DNA of 64,000 nucleotides, from positions 96,001-160,000 of the forward strand of contig CAVPSJ010000011.1 in NCBI GenBank assembly GCA_963708295.1, in the 5' to 3' direction. The position numbers were made by a program, and so were the translations under genes. Source of the stretch: an uncultured delta proteobacterium. Lineage in GTDB: Bacteria; Desulfobacterota; BSN033; UBA1163. The notes under the pieces were generated by a model that was not told the origin of the DNA, searched no databases, and saw only the letters and a program-made list of their open reading frames with translations. Shown here in pieces: positions 10,358 through 22,248 of this stretch (position 1 is its first letter; each line of letters opens with the position of its first letter).

Positions 10358-11200
10358 TTGATCAAATTGGCTGGTATTCAAGTGTCCTGTTCTGAAGAGA
10401 AAGAACGAAATATTGAGAAGGCAGTGAGATTTGCGAAAATCGCAATAGAGAAGGGCGCTCAAATTATCTGTTTCCAGGAGTTGTTCACGACCCATTGGTT
10501 TCCAAGGGAAATGAACAAGCGCTATTTCTCCCTTGCAGAAAAAGTCGATGGCTATACCATTAGGACGATGCAGGGGTTGGCAGAAGAATATGGAGTTGTT
10601 TTCATCTGCCCTATTTTTGAAGTCGAAGGAGATTCCTTTTATAATTCAGCGATCGTCATCGATGCAGGTGGAGAGATTTTGGGAAGTTATAGAAAGATTC
10701 ATGTCCCTCAAATTCCTCTCTGGGAGGAGAAATATTACTTTTCTTCCGGAGACCATGGATTTCCTGTTTTTGAGACCAAATTTGCGCCGATTGGTATTCA
10801 GATCTGTTGGGACAACTTCTTCCCGGAGGGATCAAGGATATTGGCATTGAAAGGAGCCAAGATTCTTTTTTCGCCCACCGCAGCTGCGTTTGCTTCACAA
10901 AGAAAGTGGGAAACAGTGATCTCAAGCAATGCGATTGCCAATGGAGTTTTCACTTTTAGAGTCAATCGAGTCGGAAGCGAAGAGAAACAGGATTTTTACG
11001 GAAAGTCTTTTTGTATCTCTCCAGAAGGAGAATTGCTGGATAGACCCACAGGAATGAAAGATAGCATTGCCCTAATCGAAATTGATTTAGGAAATATTGA
11101 TAAGACGAGGAAGGAATGGCCTTTTCTCAAGGACAGAAGGCCCGATAGCTATCGAGAGATACTCCATCGTTGGGAATGTGGCGCGGACCGCATTGAGTGA
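10358..11200 (+). CDS. Carbon-nitrogen hydrolase (nitrilase superfamily; N-carbamoylputrescine amidase/ureidopropionase-like)
   Basis: Catalytic triad motifs QELF, YRKIH, ICWD. Confidence 0.88.
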   Translation: MIKLAGIQVSCSEEKERNIEKAVRFAKIAIEKGAQIICFQELFTTHWFPREMNKRYFSLAEKVDGYTIRTMQGLAEEYGVVFICPIFEVEGDSFYNSAIVIDAGGEILGSYRKIHVPQIPLWEEKYYFSSGDHGFPVFETKFAPIGIQICWDNFFPEGSRILALKGAKILFSPTAAAFASQRKWETVISSNAIANGVFTFRVNRVGSEEKQDFYGKSFCISPEGELLDRPTGMKDSIALIEIDLGNIDKTRKEWPFLKDRRPDSYREILHRWECGADRIE

Positions 11201-11320
11201 AGGATTTGAAGGATGGAATCCTTCATGGCAAGTTATTTGCTTTCGAGCCATGAAAACAGCCCATTCTGCCTACCCGAGCTACGGGGAACAGCCGCTTTGC
11301 CTTGAAAGAAAGAGGAAATC

Positions 11321-11941
11321 ATGGGGAAGAACAAGTTCTTTAAAGATTACGTAGAACCCATTATCATCGCTGTACTGATCGCCCTCTTCATTCGGGCTGT
11401 TATTGTCCAAGCCTTTAAAATTCCGTCGAGTTCAATGGAAGATACGTTACAGGTAGGGGATTACATTCTTGTCAATAAATTCATTTATGGAGTTAGAATT
11501 CCTTATTCAGATAAAATCTTTGGCGAAAGCAAAAAGTTTTTTGAATGGAAGAAACCACAGCGAGGGGATGTGATCGTGTTTATATTTCCAAAGGACAGAA
11601 CGAAGGATTTTATCAAAAGAGTGATCGGGACGGAAGGAGAAAAAATTCAAATCATCCACAACAAAATTTACATCAGTGACAAGATGGTCGATGACCCATG
11701 GGGCCAGTTTAAGATGCCAAGGTCCTCAATCGAAGATTACGGTCCGATCAAAGTCCCTGAAGGTTCTTTATTTGTCATGGGAGACAACCGTGACAATAGT
11801 CAGGATAGCCGTTTTTGGGGGTTTGTCAAGATCAACGAAGTCAAGGGCAAGGCTTTTATTATTTACTTTTCTTGGGATGGGTTTGCTCAGAATCTCTTGA
11901 ATAAGATCAGGTGGTCCCGGTTGGGGAAGTTGATTCGTTAA
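11321..11941 (+). CDS. lepB: Signal peptidase I
   Basis: IPSSSM (catalytic Ser), FIKRVIG (catalytic Lys), GDNRDNSQDSR. Confidence 0.95.
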   Translation: MGKNKFFKDYVEPIIIAVLIALFIRAVIVQAFKIPSSSMEDTLQVGDYILVNKFIYGVRIPYSDKIFGESKKFFEWKKPQRGDVIVFIFPKDRTKDFIKRVIGTEGEKIQIIHNKIYISDKMVDDPWGQFKMPRSSIEDYGPIKVPEGSLFVMGDNRDNSQDSRFWGFVKINEVKGKAFIIYFSWDGFAQNLLNKIRWSRLGKLIR

Positions 11942-12900
11942 TTAGGATGGCATCCATTCTCGAAATACATTTTCTTGTGCCCACTGAATATCTTTTTTAA
12001 TCTGTTCGATGAGCAGAGAGGAAGTTTCAAACCGGACCTCATCCCGGATTCTTCTTTTAAAATTGACTTGTATTTCCTCGCCATAGATGTTCCGGTTAAA
12101 ATTCAAGATATGGACTTCTAAAGAGACCGGCTTGCCTTTCTCCTCCTGTTCAGAGTGGAAAGTGGGATTCGATCCCACATTAGCAACACCATAAAGACGC
12201 TGTCCGCCGCCATTCTACTTCCACAGCATAGACCCCCGGTTTTGGGTAAAGTTCATCCGAGATTTCTAAATTCGCCGTCGGAAAACCTAGAGTGTTTCCT
12301 CTTTTTGCCCCTTCTACCACTTTGCCGACAATAGGATAATCCCTTCCTAATAGTCTTGAGGCCCGTTCAACCTCTCCTTTTTGGATGAGATCTCTGATTT
12401 TTGAACTGCTGACGACAGTTTGTCCAATTCTGAATGGTTCCACAACCTCGACTTCGAAACCGAAAACCTCCCCTGCCTCTTTGAGGGTTTGGACATCACC
12501 TTTTTGCCCTTTACCAAAGCGATAATTATATCCAATGATGACCTTCTTCACGTTAATTTTTTCCACCAATATACTTTTAATAAATTTAGAGGGAGAGATC
12601 TGTGAAAATTCTGAGGAAAACTCAATGCAGAGCACAGTTTTAATTCCCGATTTCTCAATCAACATCATTTTTTTTCTAAAGGGAGTAAGCAGAGGCAAAA
12701 ACTTTTCAGGGGAAAGCACTTTGAGTGGATGTGGCTCGAAGGTAATGACTACCCCCTCTCCACGAATCTTCGATGCTTCTTCCTTTACCCTATTGAAGAT
12801 ATCTTGGTGTCCTAAATGGACCCCATCAAAATTCCCTAATGTCACAACAGGATTCCGGAAAGATCTATTTAAGCTCGTCAATTCCCTTGATGATTTCCAC
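11942..12900 (-). CDS. ribF: Bifunctional riboflavin kinase/FAD synthetase; two apparent frameshifts (near 12865 and 12190)
   Basis: GNFDGVHLGHQ, LGFPTANL, NPTF...LEVHIL motifs spread over adjacent frames; GTG start MEIIKGIDELK. Confidence 0.92.
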
Positions 12901-12976
12901 AATAGATTCTAACCTTGACTTTTTACAGGAAAATATAAAATAATAAGGTATTATTTTCAATCGATTTAAAGAAAAT

Positions 12977-13063
12977 GCCGAAGTGGCGGAATTGGTAGAC
13001 GCGCTAGATTCAGGGTCTAGTGGGGTCACACCTGTAGGGGTTCGAGTCCCCTCTTCGGCACCA
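12977..13063 (+). tRNA. tRNA-Leu(CAG)
   Basis: GCCGAAG/CTTCGGC acceptor stem plus ACCA, anticodon arm CTAGA-TTCAGGG-TCTAG, long variable arm, GGTTCGAGTCC T arm. Confidence 0.97.
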
Positions 13064-13147
13064 AATCCCTTCAGGCGAGGATCTAAATTCTTTCCTATCC
13101 ATACCCTGCTTTTGTAGTGCCTTCTGTTAGCGATCGTTAACAGGGAT

Positions 13148-15205
13148 TTACTTCGGTTTTGTCGAAAGATCGAAATCCGACTTGAAGAAATCTGTTGAGG
13201 TCTTGAGCGAAGAAGGCGAGATTTGCGTAGGTTCTGTTCCCTCCTTAAAGCATTCGAGGATACCTTCCTTTCCCAAACTAACCTGACCGGTCTTGGGATC
13301 TATTCTTATAAATTCTATTCCTTCCTCTGGGATGGGAAAGTCTTTTGTAGGCTTGTCTTTCAAAATCTTTGACATGAAGGTAACCCAAATGGGGGAGGCT
13401 GCCCGTGCTCCTGTTTCATTTTCGCCAAGAGACCTCTCCTCATCAAAACCTACCCATACCCCGGTGATCAATTCCGGGGTATAACCAATAAACCAGGCAT
13501 CCATGAACTGATCCGTTGTTCCTGTTTTGGCGGCGACAGGTCTACCCAGAGACCTGGCTCTCCAGCCCGTTCCATGTTGGACAACACCTTCTAATAAGAT
13601 AGGTCATCAAAAAGGCGGTCTGCGGGGTAATGATTTGTTCTTGCTTGGGGGATTCTTCAAAATAGAGAAGAGGAAGGTTTTCTTCCAGAAGGTTTCCATT
13701 CCTGTCCAAGATCTTTTTGATAAAAATAGGTTTGAAGAGATTCCCTGATTGGCAAATACGGAATAAGCCTTTGTTAATTCATAAAGGGATATACTGGAAG
13801 AGCCAAGAGCCATGGAAAGGGTGTTATGAAGAGGGGAGGAAATTCCCAGCTTTTGAGCATAATCCCTGATGTAATTAACGCCGACCTCTTGTGCAATCTT
13901 GACTGTCACAATATTGACGGAGTGTGCAAGGGCATTCCTGAGGGTGGTGGGTCCAGAGAATTTCCCTTCATAATTCTTGGGCTTCCACTTGTTGTCACCC
14001 CATTCAAAGACGACTGGGGAATCCACAATGATGGACGCAGGGGTAAAACCTTTGTCAAGGGCAGAGGCATAAACGATGGGCTTAAAAGCGGATCCGGTTT
14101 GCCTCCTGGCTTGGGTGACCCGATTGAATTGACTTTTTCTAAAATCCCGTCCTCCTACCATCGCCTTGACATATCCCGTTTCCAAATCAAAGCAAATGAG
14201 CGCGCCTTCTGGAATCAAAGGCATGTCACCGGGTCGATATTTCTCTCGTTTTTCTATCTCCTTTAATCCAGCCTCCACTGCCTCTTGAGCCGTTTCCTGA
14301 TAATGAAGATCGACGGCAGAAAAGACCTGAAGCCCATCTTTGTAAAGCGCATCTTTCCCATATTTTTCTTCAACATAACGTCTCATATATTCTACGAAAT
14401 GAAGTGCCCTTTCTAACGAAGGTTTTTCTTTAGTTCGGATGGTATAGGGGGTTTGAGCAGCCTTCGACGCATCACTCGGTGGAATAAAACCTTCTTCGAC
14501 CATTCGATTAAGAATATAGATCTGTCTCTTTTTTGCCTGTTGGGGATGCTGATAAGGAGAGTATTTACTAGGCGCTTGGGGAAGCCCGGCCAGAACGGCA
14601 GATTCTGCCAGGCTTAAGTCCTCAATGGCCTTCGCAAAATAACTCTCTGCCGCTGCCGCTACCCCGTATGCTCCGTGGCCCAAGTAGATTTGGTTTAAAT
14701 ATAAGAAAAGAATTTCCTCTTTGGTGAGATGTTTTTCGATCCGATAGGCTAATATGGCCTCTCGGATCTTTCTTGCAAAGCTCCTTTCGGGAGAGAGCAA
14801 AAGGGACTTTACCACCTGCTGGGTAATGGTGCTCCCTCCTTGAACGATCTCCCCAGAAAAAGTATTTCTGACAAAAGCCCTAAAGATGGCGACATAATCT
14901 AAGCCCTTGTGCTGGAAGAATCGCGCATCCTCTCCTGCGACGAAGGCTTGAATTAAATGATTAGGAATTCTGTCCAGAGAGACCACCTCTCTTTTTTCAT
15001 AGAAAAACTCTCCGATGATTTCCCCCTCTTCAGAGAATATTCTTGTAACAGTGGAAGGCTTGTAATTCCTTAAAGTTTCGATACTCGGGAGATCATGGGT
15101 GAAATAGAAATAAGAAACCACTCCAAATACCGTAAGAATGGTAATGAGGATCATAATAACCGCAATAGAAATCTTTGTTACTTTTTCAAATGACTTCAAT
15201 TTCAT
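13148..15205 (-). CDS. Class A penicillin-binding protein (PBP1A family); one apparent frameshift near 13740
   Basis: Transglycosylase EDARFFQH and GGSTITQQ; transpeptidase SAFK, SVN, KTG, DAWFIGY. Confidence 0.92.
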
Positions 15206-15543
15206 CCTTCACCAAGAAAAATGGTCCATCGGCTAGGGTTAGGAAGCCGGTCTCGTGCAGGAATGGCGGGGGTGAGCCGAAGAATTTAGACCCAGAGACA
15301 TCACCGATCAACAAAACCACCTTCTTACCTTTCCATGAAAACCTTACTATCTATCTCTAAATAATAACCTGTGCCCGGAATTAGTCTTGAAGGAAGAAAA
15401 TTCAAGTAGTTATGGATACCCGGCACCGACACTGTCACGTTTTTTGCATCTGAATCCTTGACTTCTCTTTTGCAAGGATATAATAATAAGGCAAATTTTT
15501 CAACAAACGCAATAATTAAATAGTAAAGAGAGGGGCAATATCT

Positions 15544-16500
15544 ATGAGAGGTAAGTCAGAAGAAACCGTTTCGGTTCTCATTCCTGTCTATAATGAAGAG
15601 GGAAATCTCTCTCTATTGTATGATAAGCTTAATTCAGCATTGAAAAAAACGGGAAGGGCTTATGAAATAATCTTTGTCGATGATGGAAGCTCTGACGGAT
15701 CACTGGAAATATTGCTCGATCTCAGAGAAAAAAATCCCAACATAAAGATCATCAGTTTTTCACGGAATTTCGGGCAAACGGCCGCATTGAGTGCAGGGAT
15801 TGACTCTTCTAAGGGAGATATTATTATCCCAATGGACGGTGACCTTCAAAATGACCCGGAAGACATTCTTTCTCTTCTTCAGAAGATTGAAGAAGGAAAT
15901 GACGTGGTCAGCGGATGGAGAAAAGGTCGTAAAGATCCCCTTCTAACCCGTCGATTACCCTCTATCATCGCCAACAGACTCATCTCATGGATTGGAGGCG
16001 TTCACCTTCACGACTACGGATGCACACTTAAGGCCTACCGTAGAGACATCTTGAAAAATATTCGACTTTACGGGGAAATGCATCGGTTCATCCCGATCTA
16101 TGCCCAGTGGATTGGAGCCCGCGTGTCAGAAATTCCCGTTCGCCATTTCCCGAGGGGATCCGGAAAATCGAAGTATGGGATGAACAGAGTCTTTAAAGTT
16201 ATTTTGGATCTAATGGTAGTGAAATTTCTTGTTTCTTATTCTCAAAAACCCATTTATGTTTTTGGGGGCATGGGGCTTTTAATGATCTTAGGAGCATTTC
16301 TAGCTGGGTTTAGCGCCATCTATCTGAAATATTTTGAGGGGACTTCGTTCATTTTGACTCCGCTCCCGTTGCTGTGCGTCTTTCTCCTGCTGTCGGGATT
16401 TTTGTCAATTCTCATGGGCTTTTTGGCTGAAATCCTAACTCGAACCTATTATGAATCGCAGGGGAAACCTACCTATCAAATCAAGGAGACGATCCCTTAG
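15544..16500 (+). CDS. GT2 glycosyltransferase, DPM1/ArnC-like polyprenol-phosphate-sugar synthase
   Basis: IPVYNE, VDDGS, MDGDLQNDP, two C-terminal TM helices. Confidence 0.88.
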   Translation: MRGKSEETVSVLIPVYNEEGNLSLLYDKLNSALKKTGRAYEIIFVDDGSSDGSLEILLDLREKNPNIKIISFSRNFGQTAALSAGIDSSKGDIIIPMDGDLQNDPEDILSLLQKIEEGNDVVSGWRKGRKDPLLTRRLPSIIANRLISWIGGVHLHDYGCTLKAYRRDILKNIRLYGEMHRFIPIYAQWIGARVSEIPVRHFPRGSGKSKYGMNRVFKVILDLMVVKFLVSYSQKPIYVFGGMGLLMILGAFLAGFSAIYLKYFEGTSFILTPLPLLCVFLLLSGFLSILMGFLAEILTRTYYESQGKPTYQIKETIP

Positions 16501-16506
16501 CCTTCT

Positions 16507-18420
16507 ATGTGCGGCATTGTTGGTTTCCTCACCCCAAAAGCCTCTGGTATTCCGGAACGTGAAGTCCTACGAAGGATGCGGGACGTTCTCATTCATCGAG
16601 GGCCTGACGACATGGGAGAGTTCATTCGTCCCATGGATGAAAAAGGCCCTTTTGTCTTCTTGGGACATCGTCGACTAAGCATTATCGATCTGGGGACGGG
16701 ACACCAGCCTCTGTCTAATGAGGACGAAAAGGTATGGGTCGTTTTTAATGGTGAAATTTACAATTTTAGAGAGTTAAGAGAAGAATTAAGGAAGAGGGGG
16801 CATCAGTTCCGTACTGAGTCAGATACAGAGGTCATCGCTCATGCGTATGAGGAGTACAAGGAAAATTGTTTTAGGCACTTCAATGGCATGTTCGCTATTG
16901 GAATCTGGGATGAAAAAGAAAATCGATTGATTCTTGCAAGAGATCGTTTAGGCAAGAAACCACTCTATTACAGTCTCATCAATGAAACCTTTGTTTTTGC
17001 TTCTGAGTTAAAGGCGATCATGGCTTATCCTTCCTTTTCCAGGAGGGTTGATCCTGTTTCTTTCATGAAGTATCTCTTTTTTGAATTTATCCCCTGTCCT
17101 CATACTATTTTTAACGACGCCAAGAAAATTCCAGCCGCCTCCTATCTTATCTGGGATAAAAAAGGGAGTGAGGTCAAACAGTACTGGTCGCCTTTTGATT
17201 CCAAGAGAAGTGAAGAGAATCTTTCGGAAGCCGAAGCAGAACTGAGAATAATGGAACTTCTCAAAGAGTCCGTGAAGCGACGCCTTATCAGTGATGTCCC
17301 GTTGGGAGTGTTTCTGAGCGGCGGAATCGACTCAAGTACCGTCGCAGCCCTGGCCCAAAAAGAAGTACCGGGGAAGATAAAAACATTTTCTATTGGCTTC
17401 GAGGACCCTTCTTTTGATGAATCAAAATACGCCTCAATGGCATCCAAATATATCGGCACCGAGCATCATGAACAAACGATGACACCCGCTGATTTACTCA
17501 ATATCGTCCCCAGCCTCCCTGAGATTTTAGATGAACCGATGGCAGATGCATCTATTTTGCCAACTTACCTACTTTCAAAATTCACTCGCGGTCATGTAAC
17601 CGTTGCTCTGGGTGGGGATGGGGGCGATGAGTTATTTGCAGGGTACCCTACCTATCTCGCTCATAAATTTGCGACGCAGTATGAGCGATACTTAGGGCTT
17701 TTGCACCCGGCAATCCATTTTTTTGGAAATTTACTGCCTGTATCAGACGATAATATTAGCTTTGATTTTAAACTGAAGAAATTTCTTTCCGGGATCGGTT
17801 ATCCCGCTGGTATAAGGAATTCGGTTTGGCTGGGGTCTTTTCCATTTTTCGAAAATCAAAAGGTATTATCACCGGAGGTAACCTCGCAATTCAGCCAAGA
17901 CCGATTATCTGAGGACATTTATTTTCATGAAAGAGAATATCCTTACGACGATCAGATAACAAAGCTCCAGTATCTCGACCTGAAGCTGTATTTCCAAGAA
18001 TCCATTCTGGTTAAAGTGGATCGAGCCAGTATGGCGTGTTCGCTTGAAGTCAGGGCTCCCTTCCTTGACCACGAGCTGGTAGAATTTGTAATGGGACTTC
18101 CCTCAAAATGGAAGTTAAGAAGATGTACTTCGAAATACATCCTAAAAAAAGCAGTGGGAAATTGGCTCCCTGAAGAGGTGATTAAGAGGCCGAAAAAAGG
18201 GTTTGGCGTTCCTATCGCTAAATGGGTGAAGGGTCCATTAAACCCATTGTTCAAAGAGTTACTAGAATTTGATCGCATACGGAGAGAAGGATTTCTCAAC
18301 CCGAAATATGTTGCCCAACTTTTGCAGGACCACCTTCTCAACAAGAGCGATAACAGAAAGCAATTATGGACCCTTCTCGTATGGGAACTCTGGATGAACC
18401 ATTATCATCCTTCACTTTAA
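16507..18420 (+). CDS. asnB: Asparagine synthase-type glutamine amidotransferase (polysaccharide-locus AsnB paralogue)
   Basis: N-terminal MCGI, HRGPD, NGEIYN, LSGGIDSS, KKGF. Confidence 0.92.
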   Translation: MCGIVGFLTPKASGIPEREVLRRMRDVLIHRGPDDMGEFIRPMDEKGPFVFLGHRRLSIIDLGTGHQPLSNEDEKVWVVFNGEIYNFRELREELRKRGHQFRTESDTEVIAHAYEEYKENCFRHFNGMFAIGIWDEKENRLILARDRLGKKPLYYSLINETFVFASELKAIMAYPSFSRRVDPVSFMKYLFFEFIPCPHTIFNDAKKIPAASYLIWDKKGSEVKQYWSPFDSKRSEENLSEAEAELRIMELLKESVKRRLISDVPLGVFLSGGIDSSTVAALAQKEVPGKIKTFSIGFEDPSFDESKYASMASKYIGTEHHEQTMTPADLLNIVPSLPEILDEPMADASILPTYLLSKFTRGHVTVALGGDGGDELFAGYPTYLAHKFATQYERYLGLLHPAIHFFGNLLPVSDDNISFDFKLKKFLSGIGYPAGIRNSVWLGSFPFFENQKVLSPEVTSQFSQDRLSEDIYFHEREYPYDDQITKLQYLDLKLYFQESILVKVDRASMACSLEVRAPFLDHELVEFVMGLPSKWKLRRCTSKYILKKAVGNWLPEEVIKRPKKGFGVPIAKWVKGPLNPLFKELLEFDRIRREGFLNPKYVAQLLQDHLLNKSDNRKQLWTLLVWELWMNHYHPSL

Positions 18421-18475
18421 GTCGTCACTTTTTTCGGAGCACCGCCTGTTCTAAATAATCTCAACCAGGAAAGCC

Positions 18476-20687
18476 TTGGCCAAATCGATGAGTCTTCTAT
18501 TGGAATTCGCTTGTATCCTTGGTTTCGGAGCAGCCTGCTGGGCTGGAGGAGATCTTTTACGTAAGCTCTTTTTCAGCGAACCGTTGCCAATCATAGCCCG
18601 ACATGCTCTTGCCTTCACCGCAGGGAATGTAGCCTTTTCCTATTTTCTCACAGCTTTAGGATTCTTAGGGTTATATATGCCGTGGGTGCTCAAGACGGTG
18701 TTTTTTGCCGGAATCGGTCTAGCTTTTTGGAATATTTTCATGGCACAAAGGGCATTTTTTCCGAAATTGGCGAAGAGGTTGTTGCCTCACCGAAAAGGAG
18801 TTTTGGCCTCGACCGACATTCAGATAGTAGAGAACGATCCTGAAAGAAGAATCTGCTTATCATATGAGAATGAAGTCCCACGAGATAAAAGGGATGGGGC
18901 GATAGCCTTTTTTGTTATGGCTGCCATGGTCATGCTTTTTCTCATTCCTGCGATTCTTCAAGCAGGAGCTCCACCGTATGTCCGGGACTCTCTGGTCTAT
19001 CACCTGCTATGCCCAAAAGAATATTTGAAAGCAGAGCGCCTCGTGCATATCCAGGGAAACATTTTCTCGGCATTTCCCAAAGGACACGAAGTCCTGATGA
19101 CCCTTCTTTTATCCAATGCAGGCGACCGTGCGGCTCAAGGGTTCTCGGTCCTCCAACAGGTTGCTGCGATTGGTGAATCTTTACAGCTTGACTTATCTGA
19201 TCGCTGGACCCTGGCCGGCCGCACTGTGCACGCTTGGATACGCTACCGTTCCCCCTGTCATGTACTTCACTGGGTGCGGTTATGTCGAGCCAGCGCTTCT
19301 CATGACCCTTGGAGGCTGCCTATTGGTCCTCGTCCTTTCCACTCGATCCGGAAGGGAAACGAACATGGCTGGAAGCATGAGATTCGGACCTATTTCGTTG
19401 ATTGGGTTCCTGGCGGGTTGGATGGCTGCGCTCAAATATAGTGGATTGATTTACCTCGGGTTGATCGGACTGATCCTCTTATGGAGCCAGAGAAAGAGCA
19501 CTTCTAATGAAAGCACTAAGCATGATCGGAGTGTTCAGCCTTTCAGCAGTGCCTGGTCTTTGCTGGATGGGATGGAACTGGATCATCTTGGGCAATCCAG
19601 TGTATCCCATGGCTTGGTTTCTCTTTGGTGGAAAAGGTTGGGATGAAACCAGGTCAGCTCGCAATGTCCCAGTATTTTGATATTTATGGAATGGGAAGGA
19701 ATCTGCTGGACTATCTTTTGCTGCCGTGGAGGCTGGCCTTCTCGGGAAGATTTGACACGATCCGTTTCGACGGCGCCATAGGACCATTCCTAATTCTTGC
19801 TGTCATTCTGGCCATGGTTTCGGCCATACTTATGGTTCGTCGCCGATTGACGGGGAGTATGCTGAAGGGAATAGGATTGATGTTTATAGTCTCCGCTGCA
19901 TTTTTTCTGTTTCGGAACCCAGCAGGTCAGGTTTTGGTTACCTTCTCAAATGCTGGCTTGTGCTTTTGCCGCTCCTTCGGTAGGGCTTCTCGTAAACTGG
20001 GCAGGAAGGAAACATGCCGTAAAGATGGTACTTTTCCTGGTTCTCATTGGCTCCCTTACTTGGAACATATGGTTCCTTGGTCAGCAGTTTCTTAAGATTG
20101 GATTCTACAGGCCGGTCCTGGGCATGGAGCAGGAGAAGGATTTTCTGATTCGAAAAGTTCCGGGTTACCCAGCCCTGGAGTTTATCAATCAAAACCTACC
20201 CCCACGTTCTTACTTGCTTTGCGTGTGGACAGGAGCATATGGGTATTACTTAAACCGCAAGTACTATTCCGATACTTTCATAGAAGACATCACTCTAAAG
20301 GAATTCATTCACGCATCGGTCAACGGAGAAGAACTGTCCAAAAGGTTGACCCAAGCTGGATTTACTCACCTTTTCTTGAATCTCTCCATATTGGAAAAAA
20401 ACATGGAGCAAAGCGAACGAGTTATCTTTGGTTACTTTTTGAAGAAAGAAACCCGTGAGCTTTTTCGGGACCAGAATTATCGGGTGCTCGAGATCCGTCG
20501 GCAATATAACCGATTACAGGTCTTTTCGTCTTATCTTCGGAATTCATTTCCATCTCTGGCCTTTTGTCAAACAAAGATCCCTCATCCGTTCAACTTCATT
20601 AATCGGCATGTCAATTCCCTTCTCATCCGGGGGATTGAGGATCCCAAAGAAAAAGATACATGGAAGCATCTGTCGGAAATTTGTTGA
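18476..20687 (+). CDS. Multi-TM membrane protein, probable GT-C-fold glycosyltransferase; split by ~3 apparent frameshifts, true 3' end uncertain
   Basis: Contiguous ORF pieces with many TM helices; loop motif RDSLVYHL, ALKYSG, LGNPVYP; inside the glycosylation island. Confidence 0.6.
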
Positions 20688-22167
20688 AATTAAGAAAACT
20701 TCCATCGAAGTATCCCTTCAAAACACATGGAGAATTCCCTTTGATCTTGCTTCGCGGTTCTTTTCCCTCCAATAATCCATAACGGCCTCCGTCAGCAAGA
20801 TACTGAGTGCAACAGGTTTTGGAATAATAGATCGTATATCGTTTTATTCTTATAAACAAAAGATTTCCTGAATTCAATCTCATTTTCTGAAACCTTATAA
20901 TAAGGAATCTCATAGTGCCGTTTCTCCGGATAAACCCCAAAATAATGAAGTATGCCTGGGGTATAGGCCATGTCGCTATCGAAAAGTTTGTCTCCTTCTC
21001 GGAGTTGGCCTTTTAAATAATTGACTAAGCCTCTGAAATCTTCCTTCTCAGCGCGGTAATAAAGTGGAAGGATCACGAGATTAGATGCGATAAAAAGGAT
21101 GACAAAGAGGAGTCTCAATCGTACGAATCTTCTTTAATTTTTCAAATCTATTTTCAATGGCACTAAGTGACAGGTACAGAGTAATAAAAAAAAGAGGTAA
21201 GAAACTAATAAAATACCTGGAGGTGATGAAATGAGAAATATTAAATAACCTACAATACAGGTATAGTCCACCAATCGGTAGGATGAAAACGCTCAGGAGA
21301 ATAAGGGCATTCGTCCGAGATTTTGAAAAGAAAAACAAAAAAATTAAAAGGATCACCGAAACAATCGTGAGAGGTGCATAAGGTGCCCAATCATTTAAAA
21401 TACCAGATAAAATATCCCAAAAGGAGAGACAAGACTTTGAGTTCATAAGGATGCGGCATAGTGGCTGGCCACGGTAGTTTAGTGCCAGAAAAAGTATCCA
21501 GGGAAGACAGAGGAAAAAGAAGGATACCATTTAAGATTAAGAAGGAATAAAGACTCGGTCTTTTATTATCCTCATTTACTCGATAGAACCATAAGATCTG
21601 GGATAGGGCAATAAATGGGATGGAGCTGTAACTCGTGTAAAATAACGTCGCAAACGAAAAGGAGGTCAATACCAAATATCGCTTTTCTGAATGTCTTCAG
21701 GTACTTCATAAAAAAATAAAGACTCAACATTCCTAAAAACATCAGTGAGTGAATAGGCTCGTCCATCCTGAGAGAGGCTGATGTGGTAGGCCATGAAGGT
21801 TAAAGAGAAAGTGCAAGGGAGGGCAATGCGCGGAGAAAATTGTCTCGCAAGAAGATAGATCATGGGGATGGAAAGGGTTCCAAAGATCAAGGGAATGATA
21901 CGGAGGTCTCTTTCCGGCTTTGTAAAATGGATAGAACTGGTGGGTGAGGATGAAGAAAAGAGGAGGGTGAAGGTATGAGGGATTCTCCTTGTAAAAATTT
22001 AATTGACCTCTGATATCATCCCTCGAATCATTGAAGGTATGGATTTCATCTATCCAGAGGGATTTTCGATCAAAGGTGTAGAATCGTAGGGCAAAGCCTA
22101 TGAGAAGACAAAAAATGACGACAAGAATTTCTTTTCGTTTTACATAGCTCATAACAGAAAATCTCAA
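20544..22167 (-). CDS. GT39/ArnT-like (GT-C) membrane glycosyltransferase, copy A; several apparent frameshifts
   Basis: ALRFYTFDRKSLWIDEIHT and LHPPLFFIL motifs, SQDGRAYS, C-terminal KGYFDGSF...FPTDASMYLFLWDP. Confidence 0.72.
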
Positions 22168-22182
22168 TTGTTATATCTTTCT

Positions 22183-22246
22183 ACTCAATCCTGGTGTTAG
22201 CACTTAGTCCTTATTACCCAGTACTCAGTCCCTTTCACTCAATCCT
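22183..22246. repeat. Cluster of short degenerate direct repeats ACT(C/T)A(A/G)TCC(T/C)
   Basis: Copies at 22183, 22202, 22223 and 22237 in the spacer between GT-C copies B and A. Confidence 0.6.
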
Positions 22247-22248
22247 CC

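Noticed and set aside
12977-13063. tRNA-Leu as the integration site of the island
   Set aside because: No integrase, no duplicated tRNA 3' end noticed, and the flanking genes are housekeeping
15224-15310. GC-rich stretch upstream of PBP1A as an ncRNA (6S/SRP)
   Set aside because: Only a short hairpin (ATCGGCT/AGCCGGT) is evident and no family hallmarks were recognised
15433-15448. TGTCAC-N5-TTGCA as a sigma54 promoter for the GT2-asnB operon
   Set aside because: The invariant GG at -24 is GT; a sigma70-like TTGACT...TATAAT lies just downstream
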